From a virus (Duplodnaviria > Caudoviricetes): 36,365 bases of DNA. The position numbers and the translations under genes were made by a program. The notes under the pieces are model-generated. The model was not told the origin of the DNA, made no database searches, and saw only the letters and a program-made list of their open reading frames with translations. Below, one piece after another: positions 15,546-25,219 of the stretch (the first letter of the stretch is position 1; each line of letters begins with the position of its first letter). Location: the IMG/VR virus record IMGVR_UViG_3300017649_000012, positions 1-36,365 of that record. One strand, written 5' to 3'.

Positions 15546-15653
15546 TGGGCGTCAGGCGCGAAAAGAGACGGCGACGATGCCAGGGCGGCCACCCTGGCAC
15601 CGACAGCCGACCCACGGACGTGGCCGCCGCGCCAGCGGGCCTGTTCTGAGCTC

Positions 15654-15980
15654 TCAGAAGTCCAGCTGCGCTGCCTCGATGCCGAGCGCGGCCGAGATCT
15701 TTTCACGGGTGGCCTTGCGCAGCCGGTCGCTGCTCTCCTGCTGCGCGTAGGCCGATTGGCTGATTCCCAGGCGCCCGGCCACCTCGGCCTGCGTCAGGCC
15801 CAGATGCTCGCGCCAGGCACGTGCTGGCGTCGCGCCGTCCACGGTGCGGCTGACCACGTCATGAGGGATCAGGCCCTTTTCCGCGTTGCGGGTGGCCACG
15901 TAATCCGCGTAGGGGATGACCACGAAGGCCGGCTGTCCGCCGGGGCCGTTGATGATTTGGATGTTAGTAGGTGCGTTCAT
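15654..15980 (-). CDS. higA: HigA-like XRE antitoxin
   Basis: PAFVVIPYADY N-terminus, AWREHLGLTQAEVAGRLGISQSAYAQQE HTH; downstream of the toxin. Confidence 0.85.
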   Translation of the reverse strand: MNAPTNIQIINGPGGQPAFVVIPYADYVATRNAEKGLIPHDVVSRTVDGATPARAWREHLGLTQAEVAGRLGISQSAYAQQESSDRLRKATREKISAALGIEAAQLDF

Positions 15981-16218
15981 CGCGTTTCCTCACTTCTTCG
16001 ATTTCCACCACCCGGATCGCTCCGTCCCAGCTGAATAGCACTCGGAAATTGCCGATGCGCAGGCGGTAGCCGTACTGGTGATTGGCCAGGGCCTTGACGT
16101 TTTGGCACGCCGGCATTGCCTTCAGCTCCTCGACGCCATCACGGATCGCCACTTGGTGCTGGCGGTCCAACTTGCGCAACTGCTTGGCGGCTTTCAGGGT
16201 CCAGTGAATCGTGTTCAT
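15964..16218 (-). CDS. higB: RelE/HigB-family mRNA interferase toxin
   Basis: I.WT.KAAKQLRKLD...YRLRIGNFRVLF...I..V.KRDE RelE-fold motifs; toxin-first order. Confidence 0.88.
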   Translation of the reverse strand: MNTIHWTLKAAKQLRKLDRQHQVAIRDGVEELKAMPACQNVKALANHQYGYRLRIGNFRVLFSWDGAIRVVEIEEVRKRDERTY

Positions 16219-16225
16219 GGGCTCA

Positions 16226-16254
16226 ATTATAAGTCAAATATAAGTTTTAGGCAA
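16226..16254 (-). promoter_or_regulatory. higBA promoter with TATAAGT direct repeats
   Basis: TTGCCT, 17 nt, TATAAT ending 7 nt before the ATG; TATAAGT at 16228 and 16239 (plus strand). Confidence 0.8.
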
Positions 16255-16279
16255 AATTATTAGTTTGATGGGAGTGCGG

Positions 16280-16885
16280 ATGAGCGAGGTTCCCACAACG
16301 CGGCCCGCGCCACCCCAGCAGCTGGATTGCTTCCGGCCGGCGCCCGAGCTGCTGGCCTGGGTCGAGCAAACCATCCTGGCTCGGGGCGGCCAGCTCCACA
16401 ACCCCGGCCACGCCCACCTTCTGGATGCCGATCTGGCCTTTCTATGGGCGCCTGGCGCGTTCGAGAAGGCTGGCCGCACCGTCCTGGGCCAAGCCGAACG
16501 GGTCATGTTCCGGGCCGGCGGCTGGCAGAAGGCGCGCCAGGAACAGCAGATGATCGAGTGGTTCGGCCGCGTGCCCGAGTTCTTGATCACGCTGGCGGCC
16601 GACTATTGCGAGGTCTGTAGCGATGCGGAATTCTGCGCGCTCGTGGAGCACGAGCTCTATCACATCGGGCAATGCCTGGACGAGTTCGGCGCGCCGGCAT
16701 TCGACAAGGAGGGCCGGCCCAAGCTGCGCATCGTCGGGCACGACGTGGAGGAATTCGTGGGCGTGGTAGCGCGCTACGGGCCGTCCGAAGACGTGCGGCG
16801 GCTGGCGGCGGCCGCTGGCGCCGCGCCGGCTGTGCCGAGGTTGGACATTGCGCGGGCGTGTGGCTGTTGCCTGAGGGCGGCATAG
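16280..16885 (+). CDS. Putative phage metallopeptidase (HExxH)
   Basis: ALVEHELYHIGQ and HDVEEF motifs; upstream of the terminase; GGGAG RBS. Confidence 0.82.
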   Translation: MSEVPTTRPAPPQQLDCFRPAPELLAWVEQTILARGGQLHNPGHAHLLDADLAFLWAPGAFEKAGRTVLGQAERVMFRAGGWQKARQEQQMIEWFGRVPEFLITLAADYCEVCSDAEFCALVEHELYHIGQCLDEFGAPAFDKEGRPKLRIVGHDVEEFVGVVARYGPSEDVRRLAAAAGAAPAVPRLDIARACGCCLRAA

Positions 16886-16901
16886 CGACAGGATCTGCAA
16901 C

Positions 16902-17375
16902 ATGGCAAAGCTCAGCGAGGCGCACAAGCGATTCATTGTCCAGTCCCTGGCGTGCTGGGATACGCCCACTGAGGTGTCCCAGGCAGTGCGGGAGGAGTTT
17001 GGCATAGACGTGCCGCGGACGCAGGTCGCGCAGTACGACCCCACGAAGGTGGCCGGGGCGGCGCTGGGCAAAAAGTGGGCTGAGCTATTCTGGGAGACCC
17101 GCAGGCGTTTCATGGCCGAGCAGGCCGATATCGCTGTGGCGCAGCAGTCCTACCGCCTGCGGCAGCTCGGCAAAATCTACGAGAGGCACATGCAGCGCGG
17201 CAATGTCGTGGCGGCCGCGGCGGTGCTTGAGCAGGCCGCCAAGGAAACCGGAGGGGCATTTACGAATAGGCGGGAACACACGGGCGTCGACGGTGGCCCG
17301 ATAGAACAGAAAACGGTGGTGGTCGATGAAACACAAGTCGCCGCCGCCGTCGCCAGGCTCAGCGACGAGTATTGA
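16902..17375 (+). CDS. terS: Terminase small subunit (DUF2280-like)
   Basis: [22 protein letters not shown]...QYDPTK...LEQAAKE.GG.FTN; precedes terL. Confidence 0.85.
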   Translation: MAKLSEAHKRFIVQSLACWDTPTEVSQAVREEFGIDVPRTQVAQYDPTKVAGAALGKKWAELFWETRRRFMAEQADIAVAQQSYRLRQLGKIYERHMQRGNVVAAAAVLEQAAKETGGAFTNRREHTGVDGGPIEQKTVVVDETQVAAAVARLSDEY

Positions 17376-18909
17376 TCCTGCGGTCCTGCGCGCCACGGCG
17401 AAAGCCATGTGCGAGCGGGATCATTTGTTCTTCAGCCGGTACTTTTTCAAGCATCGGCAGGCCATCAAATTTCGGGTCAACTGGCACCATGAGTTGATCG
17501 CCGAGAGGGTGCAGGCCGTCATCGACGGCCGCATCAAGAACCTGGTCATCAATGTGCCTCCGGGCTCGTCGAAGACTGAGTTGGTGGCCATCAACCTGAT
17601 GGCCCGCGGCCTGGCGCTGAACCCGCGGGCGCGCTTCCTGCACATCAGCTACTCGGACGACCTAGCGCTGCTGAATTCGCAGACGGCCCGCGAGCTGGTG
17701 CAGTCCGACGAGTTCCAGGAGCTCTGGCCCCTGGCGATTGCCGACGACGCGAAGTCGAAGAAGCGCTGGAACGTCCTGGTGGACGGCAAGAAGGCCGGCG
17801 GCGTGTACGCCGTCAGCCTGGGCGGCCAGATCACCGGATTTCGCGCGGGCCACATGGCGGAGGGGTTTCAGGGTGCCATCATCATTGATGACCCGCTGAA
17901 ACCCGAGGACGCCTACAGCAAAGCGCGGCGGTCGGCGGCCAATCGCAGGTTGTTGTCCACCGTCAAGAGCCGGAAGGCCAACCCGGACACGCCGATCATC
18001 GTGATCATGCAGCGGCTGGCGCAGGAGGATGTGACCGGGTTCATCGAGGCTGGCAATCTGCCTGGCGAGTGGGAGCACATCGTCATCCCGGCGATGATCG
18101 ACGACGATTACGTCGCCGGCCTGCCGGAGCACCTGCGGGCCAAAGTGGGCAGCACCGAGCGCGACGACAAGGGGCGCTTCAGCTACTGGCCGTACAAAGA
18201 GCCGCTGGGCGACCTGCTCGCCATGGAGGCGGGCACAGGGGCCGATCAGGACGGCGCGCGTGTCAGTCGGTTTGTGTTCGCTTCGCAGTATCAGCAACGT
18301 CCAGCGCCGCTGGGCGGCGACTTGATCCAGGGGGCTTGGTTCGGGCGGTACCGCACGCTGCCCAAGATCGTCTCGCGCAAGGTGTTCGTGGACACCGCGC
18401 AAAAAACCGCCGAGCGCAACGACTACAGCGTGTTCGAGTGCTGGGGCCTGGGCGACGACGGAAAGTTGTACCTGCTGGATCTGCTGCGTGGGAAATGGGC
18501 CGCGCCGGAGCTCAAGCGCCGTGCGGTCGATTTTTGGACCAAGCACAGGCCATACGACACGAAACTCTCTGCGCCGTTGAGGCAGATGCTCATTGAGGAC
18601 AAGTCAAGCGGCACCGGCCTGATCCAGGAGATCGCCGCCGATGGCAAGATCCCCGTTAGGGGCGTGGAGCGCGTCAAAGACAAGTTGACGCGTGTCATGG
18701 ACGTGCAGTCGTACATCGAGGCTGGGCTGATCTGCATCCCCGAAGAGGCCGATTTCGTGGCCGATTTCCTGGCCGAGTGCGAGGCATTCACGGCGGACGA
18801 CACGCACGCCCACGATGACCAGGTGGACCCAATGGTCGACGCCATCAACGACATGCTCGCCACAGCGGGCAGCAACATAGGGCGCTTCAGGGCGCTGGCA
18901 CAGGCATGA
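17326..18909 (+). CDS. terL: Terminase large subunit (start uncertain; alternative ATG at 17407)
   Basis: Walker A PPGSSKT, Walker B IIIDDP, MQR, nuclease VDTA...DYS, IEDKSSG, HDDQVD. Confidence 0.95.
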   Translation: MKHKSPPPSPGSATSIDPAVLRATAKAMCERDHLFFSRYFFKHRQAIKFRVNWHHELIAERVQAVIDGRIKNLVINVPPGSSKTELVAINLMARGLALNPRARFLHISYSDDLALLNSQTARELVQSDEFQELWPLAIADDAKSKKRWNVLVDGKKAGGVYAVSLGGQITGFRAGHMAEGFQGAIIIDDPLKPEDAYSKARRSAANRRLLSTVKSRKANPDTPIIVIMQRLAQEDVTGFIEAGNLPGEWEHIVIPAMIDDDYVAGLPEHLRAKVGSTERDDKGRFSYWPYKEPLGDLLAMEAGTGADQDGARVSRFVFASQYQQRPAPLGGDLIQGAWFGRYRTLPKIVSRKVFVDTAQKTAERNDYSVFECWGLGDDGKLYLLDLLRGKWAAPELKRRAVDFWTKHRPYDTKLSAPLRQMLIEDKSSGTGLIQEIAADGKIPVRGVERVKDKLTRVMDVQSYIEAGLICIPEEADFVADFLAECEAFTADDTHAHDDQVDPMVDAINDMLATAGSNIGRFRALAQA

Positions 18910-20186
18910 TCAACCAGGACGGTTACCTCACTGCGGTGATGGGGCATGGTGGCCTTCGCGCGCTCGCGGAACGCGGGCTGCAAGCCATCAACGACATGGA
19001 GATGTACGCCGATGGCGGCCTGGCTGCCCGTGTCGTGGACATGATTCCCGATGCGGCCGTGTCGCGCGGTGTCGAGATTCGCGGCGACGACCGCGTGCAC
19101 GGTGAACTGGACCGGCTGAAAGTGCTGCCGGCGCTGGCGGATGCCTGGCGCTGGGCGCGGCTCACGGGTGGCGGCGCAATCGTCTTGCTCAGCAGGGACG
19201 GGCGCGCGCTGCGCGACCCGCTGAACGTGTCTGGCCTGGACGAGCTGCTGGAACTCAAGGTATTTGCACTCGATGATGTGTCGGCGACGGACCAGCGGTA
19301 CTCCGACCCGAATCTGCCCAATTTCGGCATGCCCGAGCTGTACCGCGTGCGAACGCAGGCGCCCGGCGCAGTGGCTGCAGAATTTTTCGTGCACGAATCT
19401 CGCCTGATCGAAGTGCCGGGGGATCCACTTCCCGCAAAGCTCAACCGCACGGGTATTCCGTGGGCTGGCCGTCCTGCCGTCAGCGCCGCATACCGGGCCA
19501 TCCGCCGGTACCGCGCTGGCCTGCGCTGGTCGCTAAACCTGCTGGAGAAACAGCAGCAGGCCGTGCACAAGATGAAGGGCTTGGCCGAGGCTATCGAGCA
19601 AAAAATGGAAGAAACCGTGCGCAAGCGCGTCGAGATGGTCGACGCGGCGCGCAACGCCATGAACGGCGTGGCGGTTGACAGCGAGGACGACTACACGGTG
19701 CTGAGCTCCAACCTCAGCGGCGTGCGCGACGTGATCGCAGAGTTCCAGATCGCGCTGTCGGCCGAGACGGGAATCCCCGTAACGTTGCTCTTCGGTCGCT
19801 CTGCGGCCGGCATGAACTCCACCGGCGACGGCGACCTGGAGGGTTTCTACAACGGCGTCGTGATGGGGCGAGCTGTCAAGATCCAGCCCGCCCTCGAACG
19901 CATCGTCTCCCTGATCCGGGCGCAGCGCACGCTGGCCGGTGAGAGCCAGGGCGAGGATTGGAGCATCGTCTGGCCGGCTCTTAAGCAGATGAGCGCCAAG
20001 GAAGAGGCCGAGGTCGATAAGACGCGCGCTGAAGCACAGGCCCGGCTGATGGACGGCCTCAGTACTGCGGTGGACAACGGGCTGAGCCAAAACGAGGCAC
20101 GAGAGTTCATGAAAAAGGAATCCATGTATGGCCTCACCCCGGATTCCGCGGGCCAGTCGGCCGCGCAGTACGCCGCGCAAACCTAA
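18906..20186 (+). CDS. Portal protein (DUF1073 type)
   Basis: [31 protein letters not shown]...FY; follows terL. Confidence 0.88.
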   Translation: MINQDGYLTAVMGHGGLRALAERGLQAINDMEMYADGGLAARVVDMIPDAAVSRGVEIRGDDRVHGELDRLKVLPALADAWRWARLTGGGAIVLLSRDGRALRDPLNVSGLDELLELKVFALDDVSATDQRYSDPNLPNFGMPELYRVRTQAPGAVAAEFFVHESRLIEVPGDPLPAKLNRTGIPWAGRPAVSAAYRAIRRYRAGLRWSLNLLEKQQQAVHKMKGLAEAIEQKMEETVRKRVEMVDAARNAMNGVAVDSEDDYTVLSSNLSGVRDVIAEFQIALSAETGIPVTLLFGRSAAGMNSTGDGDLEGFYNGVVMGRAVKIQPALERIVSLIRAQRTLAGESQGEDWSIVWPALKQMSAKEEAEVDKTRAEAQARLMDGLSTAVDNGLSQNEAREFMKKESMYGLTPDSAGQSAAQYAAQT

Positions 20187-20967
20187 GCCCTGGCGGTACC
20201 CGCTGGGCGACGAGCGCGATTACCAGAGCGCGCTGCGCAAGATCGCGGTGGCGTGCTCTCTGGCGGTGGAGAGGCATGTCATCGCGGCCCTGCCCGCCGT
20301 GCTGCGCCAGGACGACCTGCGCAACACGCCAGCCGGCGACGACGGATGGTTCGAGGCCCTGCGCCGGGCGTTCATGGAGGCGCTGGCGGTGGCCACCGTG
20401 TCCGATGGGCAGGCGTCAGAGCTGGCGGCAATGGTGGCCCAGCGTGTGGAGGCGTACAACCGCGAGCAGTTCCACCGCCTGTTGCGGCACGCCTATGGCG
20501 TGGACGTGTTCAAAGCCGAGCCAAGGCTGGCCAGCATTCTGCGGTCGTGGGAGGCCGAGAACATCGGGCTGATCAGGTCGATACCTGAAAAATACCTCGA
20601 CACGCTGCACGGCCGCGTCGTGGCCGCGGTGCGTGCAGGCACATCGCTGCGCGACATGACGCGCCAGATCCGCGAATCCTACGATTTGCCGCGCAACCGG
20701 GCAGAGCTGATTGCGCGCGACCAGATCGGCAAGCTCAACGGCGACTTGACCGAGTACCGGCAGCGCAATGTCGGCGTCAAGAAGTATCGGTGGCGCGGCG
20801 TCCTGGACGAGCGCGAGCGCGATGAGCATGTCGCTCGGGAAGGGCAGGAGTTCGAGTGGGACAAGCCGCCGGCCGACGGCCACCCGGGCAAGCCCATCCG
20901 CTGTCGCTGCTGGGCCGAGCCGGAGCTGCCGCAGCTTGAAGATCTGGACGCACTGATCGTTCATTGA
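20128..20967 (+). CDS. Head morphogenesis / minor head protein, SPP1 gp7 / Mu gpF family
   Basis: RAELIARDQ, YRWRGVLDERERDEH, HPG.PIRCRC motifs; follows the portal. Confidence 0.93.
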   Translation: MASPRIPRASRPRSTPRKPKPWRYPLGDERDYQSALRKIAVACSLAVERHVIAALPAVLRQDDLRNTPAGDDGWFEALRRAFMEALAVATVSDGQASELAAMVAQRVEAYNREQFHRLLRHAYGVDVFKAEPRLASILRSWEAENIGLIRSIPEKYLDTLHGRVVAAVRAGTSLRDMTRQIRESYDLPRNRAELIARDQIGKLNGDLTEYRQRNVGVKKYRWRGVLDERERDEHVAREGQEFEWDKPPADGHPGKPIRCRCWAEPELPQLEDLDALIVH

Positions 20968-20977
20968 AGGGAAAATC

Positions 20978-22045
20978 ATGGTGATGCGATATGACCGGGT
21001 GCCTTTCAAGGCCAGCCGGACCGATGAGGGATTCATCGTCGACACGCCGGTGCTGACGCGCACGGGCGTGTTCGAGTACCGGGACGGCGGGGGGCGCCTG
21101 CGGCGAGAGTATCGGCCGCCCGAAGAGGTTTTCAACGCCGACTCCCTCGCGTCGCTGCGTGGCAAACCGATCACGGACGGCCATCCCGGCAAAGTTACGG
21201 CCAAAAACGTGCGCCTGCACATGATCGGCACGGTGCTGTCCGATGGTCGCCAGGACGGTGACGACATGGTCGGAGACATTCAGATTTTCGACCCGACGCC
21301 GGTGGACGCCGGCAACAAGGAGCTCTCGCTCGGCTACGAGCTCGAACTGGATGAAACACCGGGCGTGTCGCCGCAGGGCGAGCGCTACGACGCCATCCAG
21401 CGCAAGATCCGATACAACCACCTCGCGGTGGTGAAACGTGGCCGGGCGGGCAACGCTCGGCTGAACCTTGACGCGGCGGACGCCGTAACCAAAACCGAAG
21501 AGGACAGTGACATGAATCTGGTCAAGATCCGCCTCGACAACGGCCTGCAGTACGACGCCGCGCCGGAAGTCGAGCAGGAGCTGCAACGCTTGCGCGAAGA
21601 CGCGAAGGCGGCGCAGACCAAGGCCGACGCCGAGGCCGCACGGGCGGACGCTGAGAAGGCACGCGCCGACAAAGCCGAGGCGGACATCAAGCAGGCCCGT
21701 GAAGATGCGCATACTGCAGCGCTGGCCCGCGTGAAGCTGGAAACGATCGCCGCCCAGCACAAGGTGGAATTCAAGGCCGATACGACCGACCGCGCGCTGC
21801 GCGAGGGCGTCATCAAGGCCATTCGGGGCGATTCCATCGACCTGGCCGGCAAGTCCGACGGCTACGTCGAGGCTGCCTTCGACCTGGCTATCTCCGACGC
21901 GCAGGCACGTCAGGATGCCGCCGCGGGCCAGCGCCGCGACACCACTCCCGCCCAGAAAACGGGCGGCCAGCGTGAGGACGGCGCCGACGGTTGCGCCTCG
22001 GCGCGTGCCGCCTACATCGCCAATCTGAAAAAAGGGGGCCAATGA
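20978..22045 (+). CDS. Prohead protease/scaffold (DUF2213 family)
   Basis: YRPPEEVF..DSLAS..GKPIT.GHP, ELS.GY, YNHLAVV..GRAG, C-terminal coiled coil. Confidence 0.88.
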   Translation: MVMRYDRVPFKASRTDEGFIVDTPVLTRTGVFEYRDGGGRLRREYRPPEEVFNADSLASLRGKPITDGHPGKVTAKNVRLHMIGTVLSDGRQDGDDMVGDIQIFDPTPVDAGNKELSLGYELELDETPGVSPQGERYDAIQRKIRYNHLAVVKRGRAGNARLNLDAADAVTKTEEDSDMNLVKIRLDNGLQYDAAPEVEQELQRLREDAKAAQTKADAEAARADAEKARADKAEADIKQAREDAHTAALARVKLETIAAQHKVEFKADTTDRALREGVIKAIRGDSIDLAGKSDGYVEAAFDLAISDAQARQDAAAGQRRDTTPAQKTGGQREDGADGCASARAAYIANLKKGGQ

Positions 22046-22494
22046 TGGCTATCTACGATGATCGTATGGACGCGGCCTTTGCCGGCATGAAGGCGGATCT
22101 GGGATTTGACGATGTCGAATCCTATGCCGCCGCAGGTGACATCCGCCCGGGCGTGATCGTGGGCGACACCACCAACGACCGCATTGTCGCGGGGCCGGGG
22201 ACGAAGATTCGCGGCCTGGCGCTGCACACCCACACCATTCCGCGCGATGGCGGCTACCGCGAATTCGACTGCGTCAGCGTGCTGCGCGTGCGCCGCGGCT
22301 GGGCCATCGTTACCACGGGCGGAACGGTGACCAAAGACGGCCCGGTGATGTGCGCGGCTGACGGCACGGTCTCCGACGACGGCGCCACTGCGGTGCCGAA
22401 CGCGGTGTTCCGCTCCGACGCTGTGGACGTGGCCGGTGGCAAGATCGCGCTGATCGAGCTCTCCGCACCGTTCGCCACCCCGCCGGCTGCCTGA
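22045..22494 (+). CDS. Head decoration/cement protein (start 22042 or 22045)
   Basis: About 149 aa, beta-rich, between scaffold and capsid genes. Confidence 0.75.
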   Translation: MAIYDDRMDAAFAGMKADLGFDDVESYAAAGDIRPGVIVGDTTNDRIVAGPGTKIRGLALHTHTIPRDGGYREFDCVSVLRVRRGWAIVTTGGTVTKDGPVMCAADGTVSDDGATAVPNAVFRSDAVDVAGGKIALIELSAPFATPPAA

Positions 22495-22520
22495 CCCCAG
22501 GCACCGCATCCGATCAAACC

Positions 22521-22547
22521 AGGGCCCCTCACGGGGCCCTTTTCATT
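22521..22547 (+). terminator. Terminator-like hairpin upstream of the major capsid gene
   Basis: AGGGCCCC-TCAC-GGGGCCCT followed by TTTCATT. Confidence 0.75.
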
Positions 22548-22557
22548 GGGAAACACA

Positions 22558-23511
22558 ATGGACAATCACGAGCACTACGACGAGGCCGACCTGCCGGCGG
22601 TGCAGGCCGTGGGCCTGGTGGCTGGCATGCGCGAGGACGAGGGTCTTTTCACCGCGCGCCAGCTGGACTACGTCAAGTCGCGCACCTATGACAAGAAGCT
22701 GCCCCCCATGGTGGGCCTGCAGCTGGTGCCCATCTCCACCGAGGTGCCCGAGTGGGCCGAGACGTTCACGTACATGATGTTCGACGAGGTCGGCATGGCC
22801 AAGGTCGTGTCGAACTATGCGATGGACCTGCCGCGCGCCGACGTGAAGGGCGAAGAGAAGACGGCCTCCGTCAAAAACATCGGCGACTCGTATGGCTACA
22901 GCATCATGGAGATCCGGGCAGCGCAGGCCAACCGCACCAATCTGCCGACGCGCAAAGCGACGGCGGCGCGCAAGGCGGTGGAGGTGAAGCTGAACCAAAT
23001 GGCCTTGGTCGGCGACACGAAATACGGCCTCTATGGCCTGACCAATCACCCGAACGTGCCCATCGTGGTCGGCCTGAATGGCAATTGGCTGACGACCGCC
23101 ACGCCTGACCAGATGCTGGCGGACCTGGACACGATCTACGACGCGGTGCCGACGCAGTCCAAGGGTGTGCACACGCCCACGCGCATCGTGATGCCGACCA
23201 AGCATCGCAGCAAGCTGTTCTCCACGCGGCTGCCGGATTCCAACGGAAAAACGGTGGGCCAGTTTTTCCTGGACAAGCACCCCGGCCTGCAGATCATCGC
23301 TGCGGCTGAGTTCGAGGGGGCTGGTACTGGCGGCAAGGATTTGATCATGGCCTACGAGTTCGGCGAGGAGAACCTCTCGATGGAACTGCCAATGCCTTTC
23401 AACCAACTGCCCGCTCAGGCGCGTGGCCTGGAGCTGGTCGTGCCCTGCCTGGCGCGCGCGGGCGGCGTGGTTGTGTACTACCCGCTGTCCACGGCGAAAG
23501 GAGATCTGTAA
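22558..23511 (+). CDS. Major capsid protein (DUF2184 family, HK97 fold)
   Basis: 317 aa; ARQLDYV, G.AK......DLPR.D, YGL.NHPNVP, GGVVVYYP. Confidence 0.9.
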   Translation: MDNHEHYDEADLPAVQAVGLVAGMREDEGLFTARQLDYVKSRTYDKKLPPMVGLQLVPISTEVPEWAETFTYMMFDEVGMAKVVSNYAMDLPRADVKGEEKTASVKNIGDSYGYSIMEIRAAQANRTNLPTRKATAARKAVEVKLNQMALVGDTKYGLYGLTNHPNVPIVVGLNGNWLTTATPDQMLADLDTIYDAVPTQSKGVHTPTRIVMPTKHRSKLFSTRLPDSNGKTVGQFFLDKHPGLQIIAAAEFEGAGTGGKDLIMAYEFGEENLSMELPMPFNQLPAQARGLELVVPCLARAGGVVVYYPLSTAKGDL

Positions 23512-23855
23512 TGGCGCGCAAGTATTTCGTGAACAAGGCGAGGGCCGTCATCAACATCGGTAATCACACGGTGATCGCGCCTACGCGCGGCGCCATGGTG
23601 GATCCCGAGATGCGTGGCGTGCAGGATCTGATCAAGCGTGGTCTGCTCGAGGAGGCCGAAGCGCCGGCCGACCTCGATGAGGCCGAGCAAGCGAAGGCCC
23701 GCAAAGCCGCCGCCGAGGGCAACAGCAGAGAGCCGACCTCGGTGAACGAGCTCAGGGCGTGGCTCGATAAGAACCAGGTCTCCTATGAGCCCGACGCGAA
23801 GAAACCCGAGCTGCAGGGCCTCTATGAGGCCATGAAGGCCAAGGTAGGAGCGTGA
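23511..23855 (+). CDS. Small head-associated protein with HeH/LEM-like C-terminus
   Basis: SVNELRAWLDKNQVSYEPDAKKPELQGLY. Confidence 0.7.
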   Translation: MARKYFVNKARAVINIGNHTVIAPTRGAMVDPEMRGVQDLIKRGLLEEAEAPADLDEAEQAKARKAAAEGNSREPTSVNELRAWLDKNQVSYEPDAKKPELQGLYEAMKAKVGA

Positions 23856-23857
23856 GT

Positions 23858-24232
23858 ATGGCGGCCACCGTGGAAGACTTGGATTTTCTGGCGCCGGCGG
23901 TGGCCGCCATGCCGGTCGATGAAAAGCAGCGGGCCCTGGACATTGCCGCCGACTACCGGCCGGCATGCCTGCCGGAAAAGCGGCAGGACGAGGCGCAGGT
24001 CTGGTACGCGGCCTGGCTGCTGTACGGGATCAAGCTGCAGCGCATCGCCGAGGCCGATGGCGTGACGCCGCGGCCTGGCGTGGTCAGCGAGCGGGAGGGC
24101 GATTTGCAGCGCACGTATGGACGCGTGGACGGCGCCGACGACCCGGCCGGCTTCTATGGCCAGTACGAGCGATTGGCGCGCCTGTGCCGCGTCGGTGCGG
24201 CGACTGTGAGGACGTACCCTCGTGTCTGCTAA
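23858..24232 (+). CDS. Head-tail adaptor (DUF4054-like)
   Basis: V.SEREGDLQRTY...YGQY; AGGAG RBS; synteny. Confidence 0.75.
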   Translation: MAATVEDLDFLAPAVAAMPVDEKQRALDIAADYRPACLPEKRQDEAQVWYAAWLLYGIKLQRIAEADGVTPRPGVVSEREGDLQRTYGRVDGADDPAGFYGQYERLARLCRVGAATVRTYPRVC

Positions 24233-24674
24233 AACCATCGACAAAGGCTTTGACGAGTTCGTGCGGCTGTCTCGCGCCATCGATGGGCGCGGCGTGAAAT
24301 TTGGCATTCAAGCCGACGCCGGCGCTGATCCGCAGAGCGGCACCGACCTGATCGACATCGCCATCTTCAACGAGTTTGGCACCGAGACGATTCCGGCACG
24401 CCCCTTCATGCGAGACTTTGCCGAGAAGAACGGCAGGGTGTTGGGCCAGGCCATGGACCGCATCGCGGTCGCCGTGCAGGGCGGCCAGCTCGGCATTGAG
24501 AACGCCCTGGACCAGCTGGGCATGTTCGCCGAGAAGCACCAGAAGGCGCACGTGCAGCAATCCAAGAAGTGGGCCAAGCCGAACGCGCCGTCCACGGTGG
24601 AGAAAAAGGGCAGCGACGTGCCCCTGATTGATCACGCCGTGATGGTGAACGCCATCCGATACCAGAAGGTATAG
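24222..24674 (+). CDS. Neck/tail-completion protein (HK97 gp10-like)
   Basis: NEFGT..IPARPFMR, PNAPST..KKGS..PLID. Confidence 0.82.
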   Translation: MSAKTIDKGFDEFVRLSRAIDGRGVKFGIQADAGADPQSGTDLIDIAIFNEFGTETIPARPFMRDFAEKNGRVLGQAMDRIAVAVQGGQLGIENALDQLGMFAEKHQKAHVQQSKKWAKPNAPSTVEKKGSDVPLIDHAVMVNAIRYQKV

Positions 24675-24676
24675 CC

Positions 24677-25054
24677 ATGGGATTTCGCCGACCACAGGCC
24701 ATCCGACGCCGTGCTCCGGGCCAGTATGAGCGCGGGCGCTGGGTGGACGGTGCCGCCCTGGCGGACATCACCATCGCCGCGTCCGTGCAGCCGGCCAAGG
24801 CGAGCGACTACGACATGCTGCAGGCCAACCCAGAGGGCCGGCGCGTGCGCGCTGCGGTCCGTATTTACACCGACGCGGTGTTGAACGTCGCTGGCCAGGA
24901 TTGGACCAACGGCGACCGGCTGGTATGGGACGCCGGACCGCTGGCCGGTGAGTACCTGCTGGTGGGGGTGTCTCCCTGGCAGTCTGGCGTGATCTCCCAC
25001 TACCGCTACCTGGCCGTGCTACTCGCTGCGGCAGAAACCGATAACACACCCTGA
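24677..25054 (+). CDS. Head closure/stopper protein
   Basis: GQY..GRWV, ASVQP, PEG.R, D...W.G..Y pattern; synteny. Confidence 0.75.
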   Translation: MGFRRPQAIRRRAPGQYERGRWVDGAALADITIAASVQPAKASDYDMLQANPEGRRVRAAVRIYTDAVLNVAGQDWTNGDRLVWDAGPLAGEYLLVGVSPWQSGVISHYRYLAVLLAAAETDNTP

Positions 25055-25057
25055 CAC

Positions 25058-25200
25058 GCCCATGGGTACCCGGATGCTTGGACCGGGCCGGACGGGGCCA
25101 AACGTCCGGGAGACTTTCCCAGACCCGGCTGGGGCTTCCGAGCTACCGGGGAGGGCAGTGCCGAGTTGGCGCGCAGGCGCACCAATAGCCCCATCGGCAC
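25058..25200 (+). ncRNA. Candidate structured RNA in the intergenic gap (multi-stem, pseudoknot potential)
   Basis: Complementary segments found by eye: CCCGGATG/CGTCCGGG, TTGG/CCAA, TGGG/CCCA, CCCGG/CCGGG, GCCC/GGGC, GTGCCGA/TCGGCAC, TGGGGCT/AGCCCCA. Confidence 0.45.
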
Positions 25201-25219
25201 GGATTAATCAGGAGCAGGG

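Noticed and set aside
18906-20186. DUF1073 protein as an anti-CBASS nuclease
   Set aside because: No HxT/HxS phosphoesterase motif pair seen; size and position between terL and gp7 indicate portal.
9897-20963. The 56-bp repeat pair as a diversity-generating retroelement TR/VR or invertase substrate
   Set aside because: No reverse transcriptase or invertase in the window; mismatches are not confined to adenines; both copies are in-frame coding sequence.
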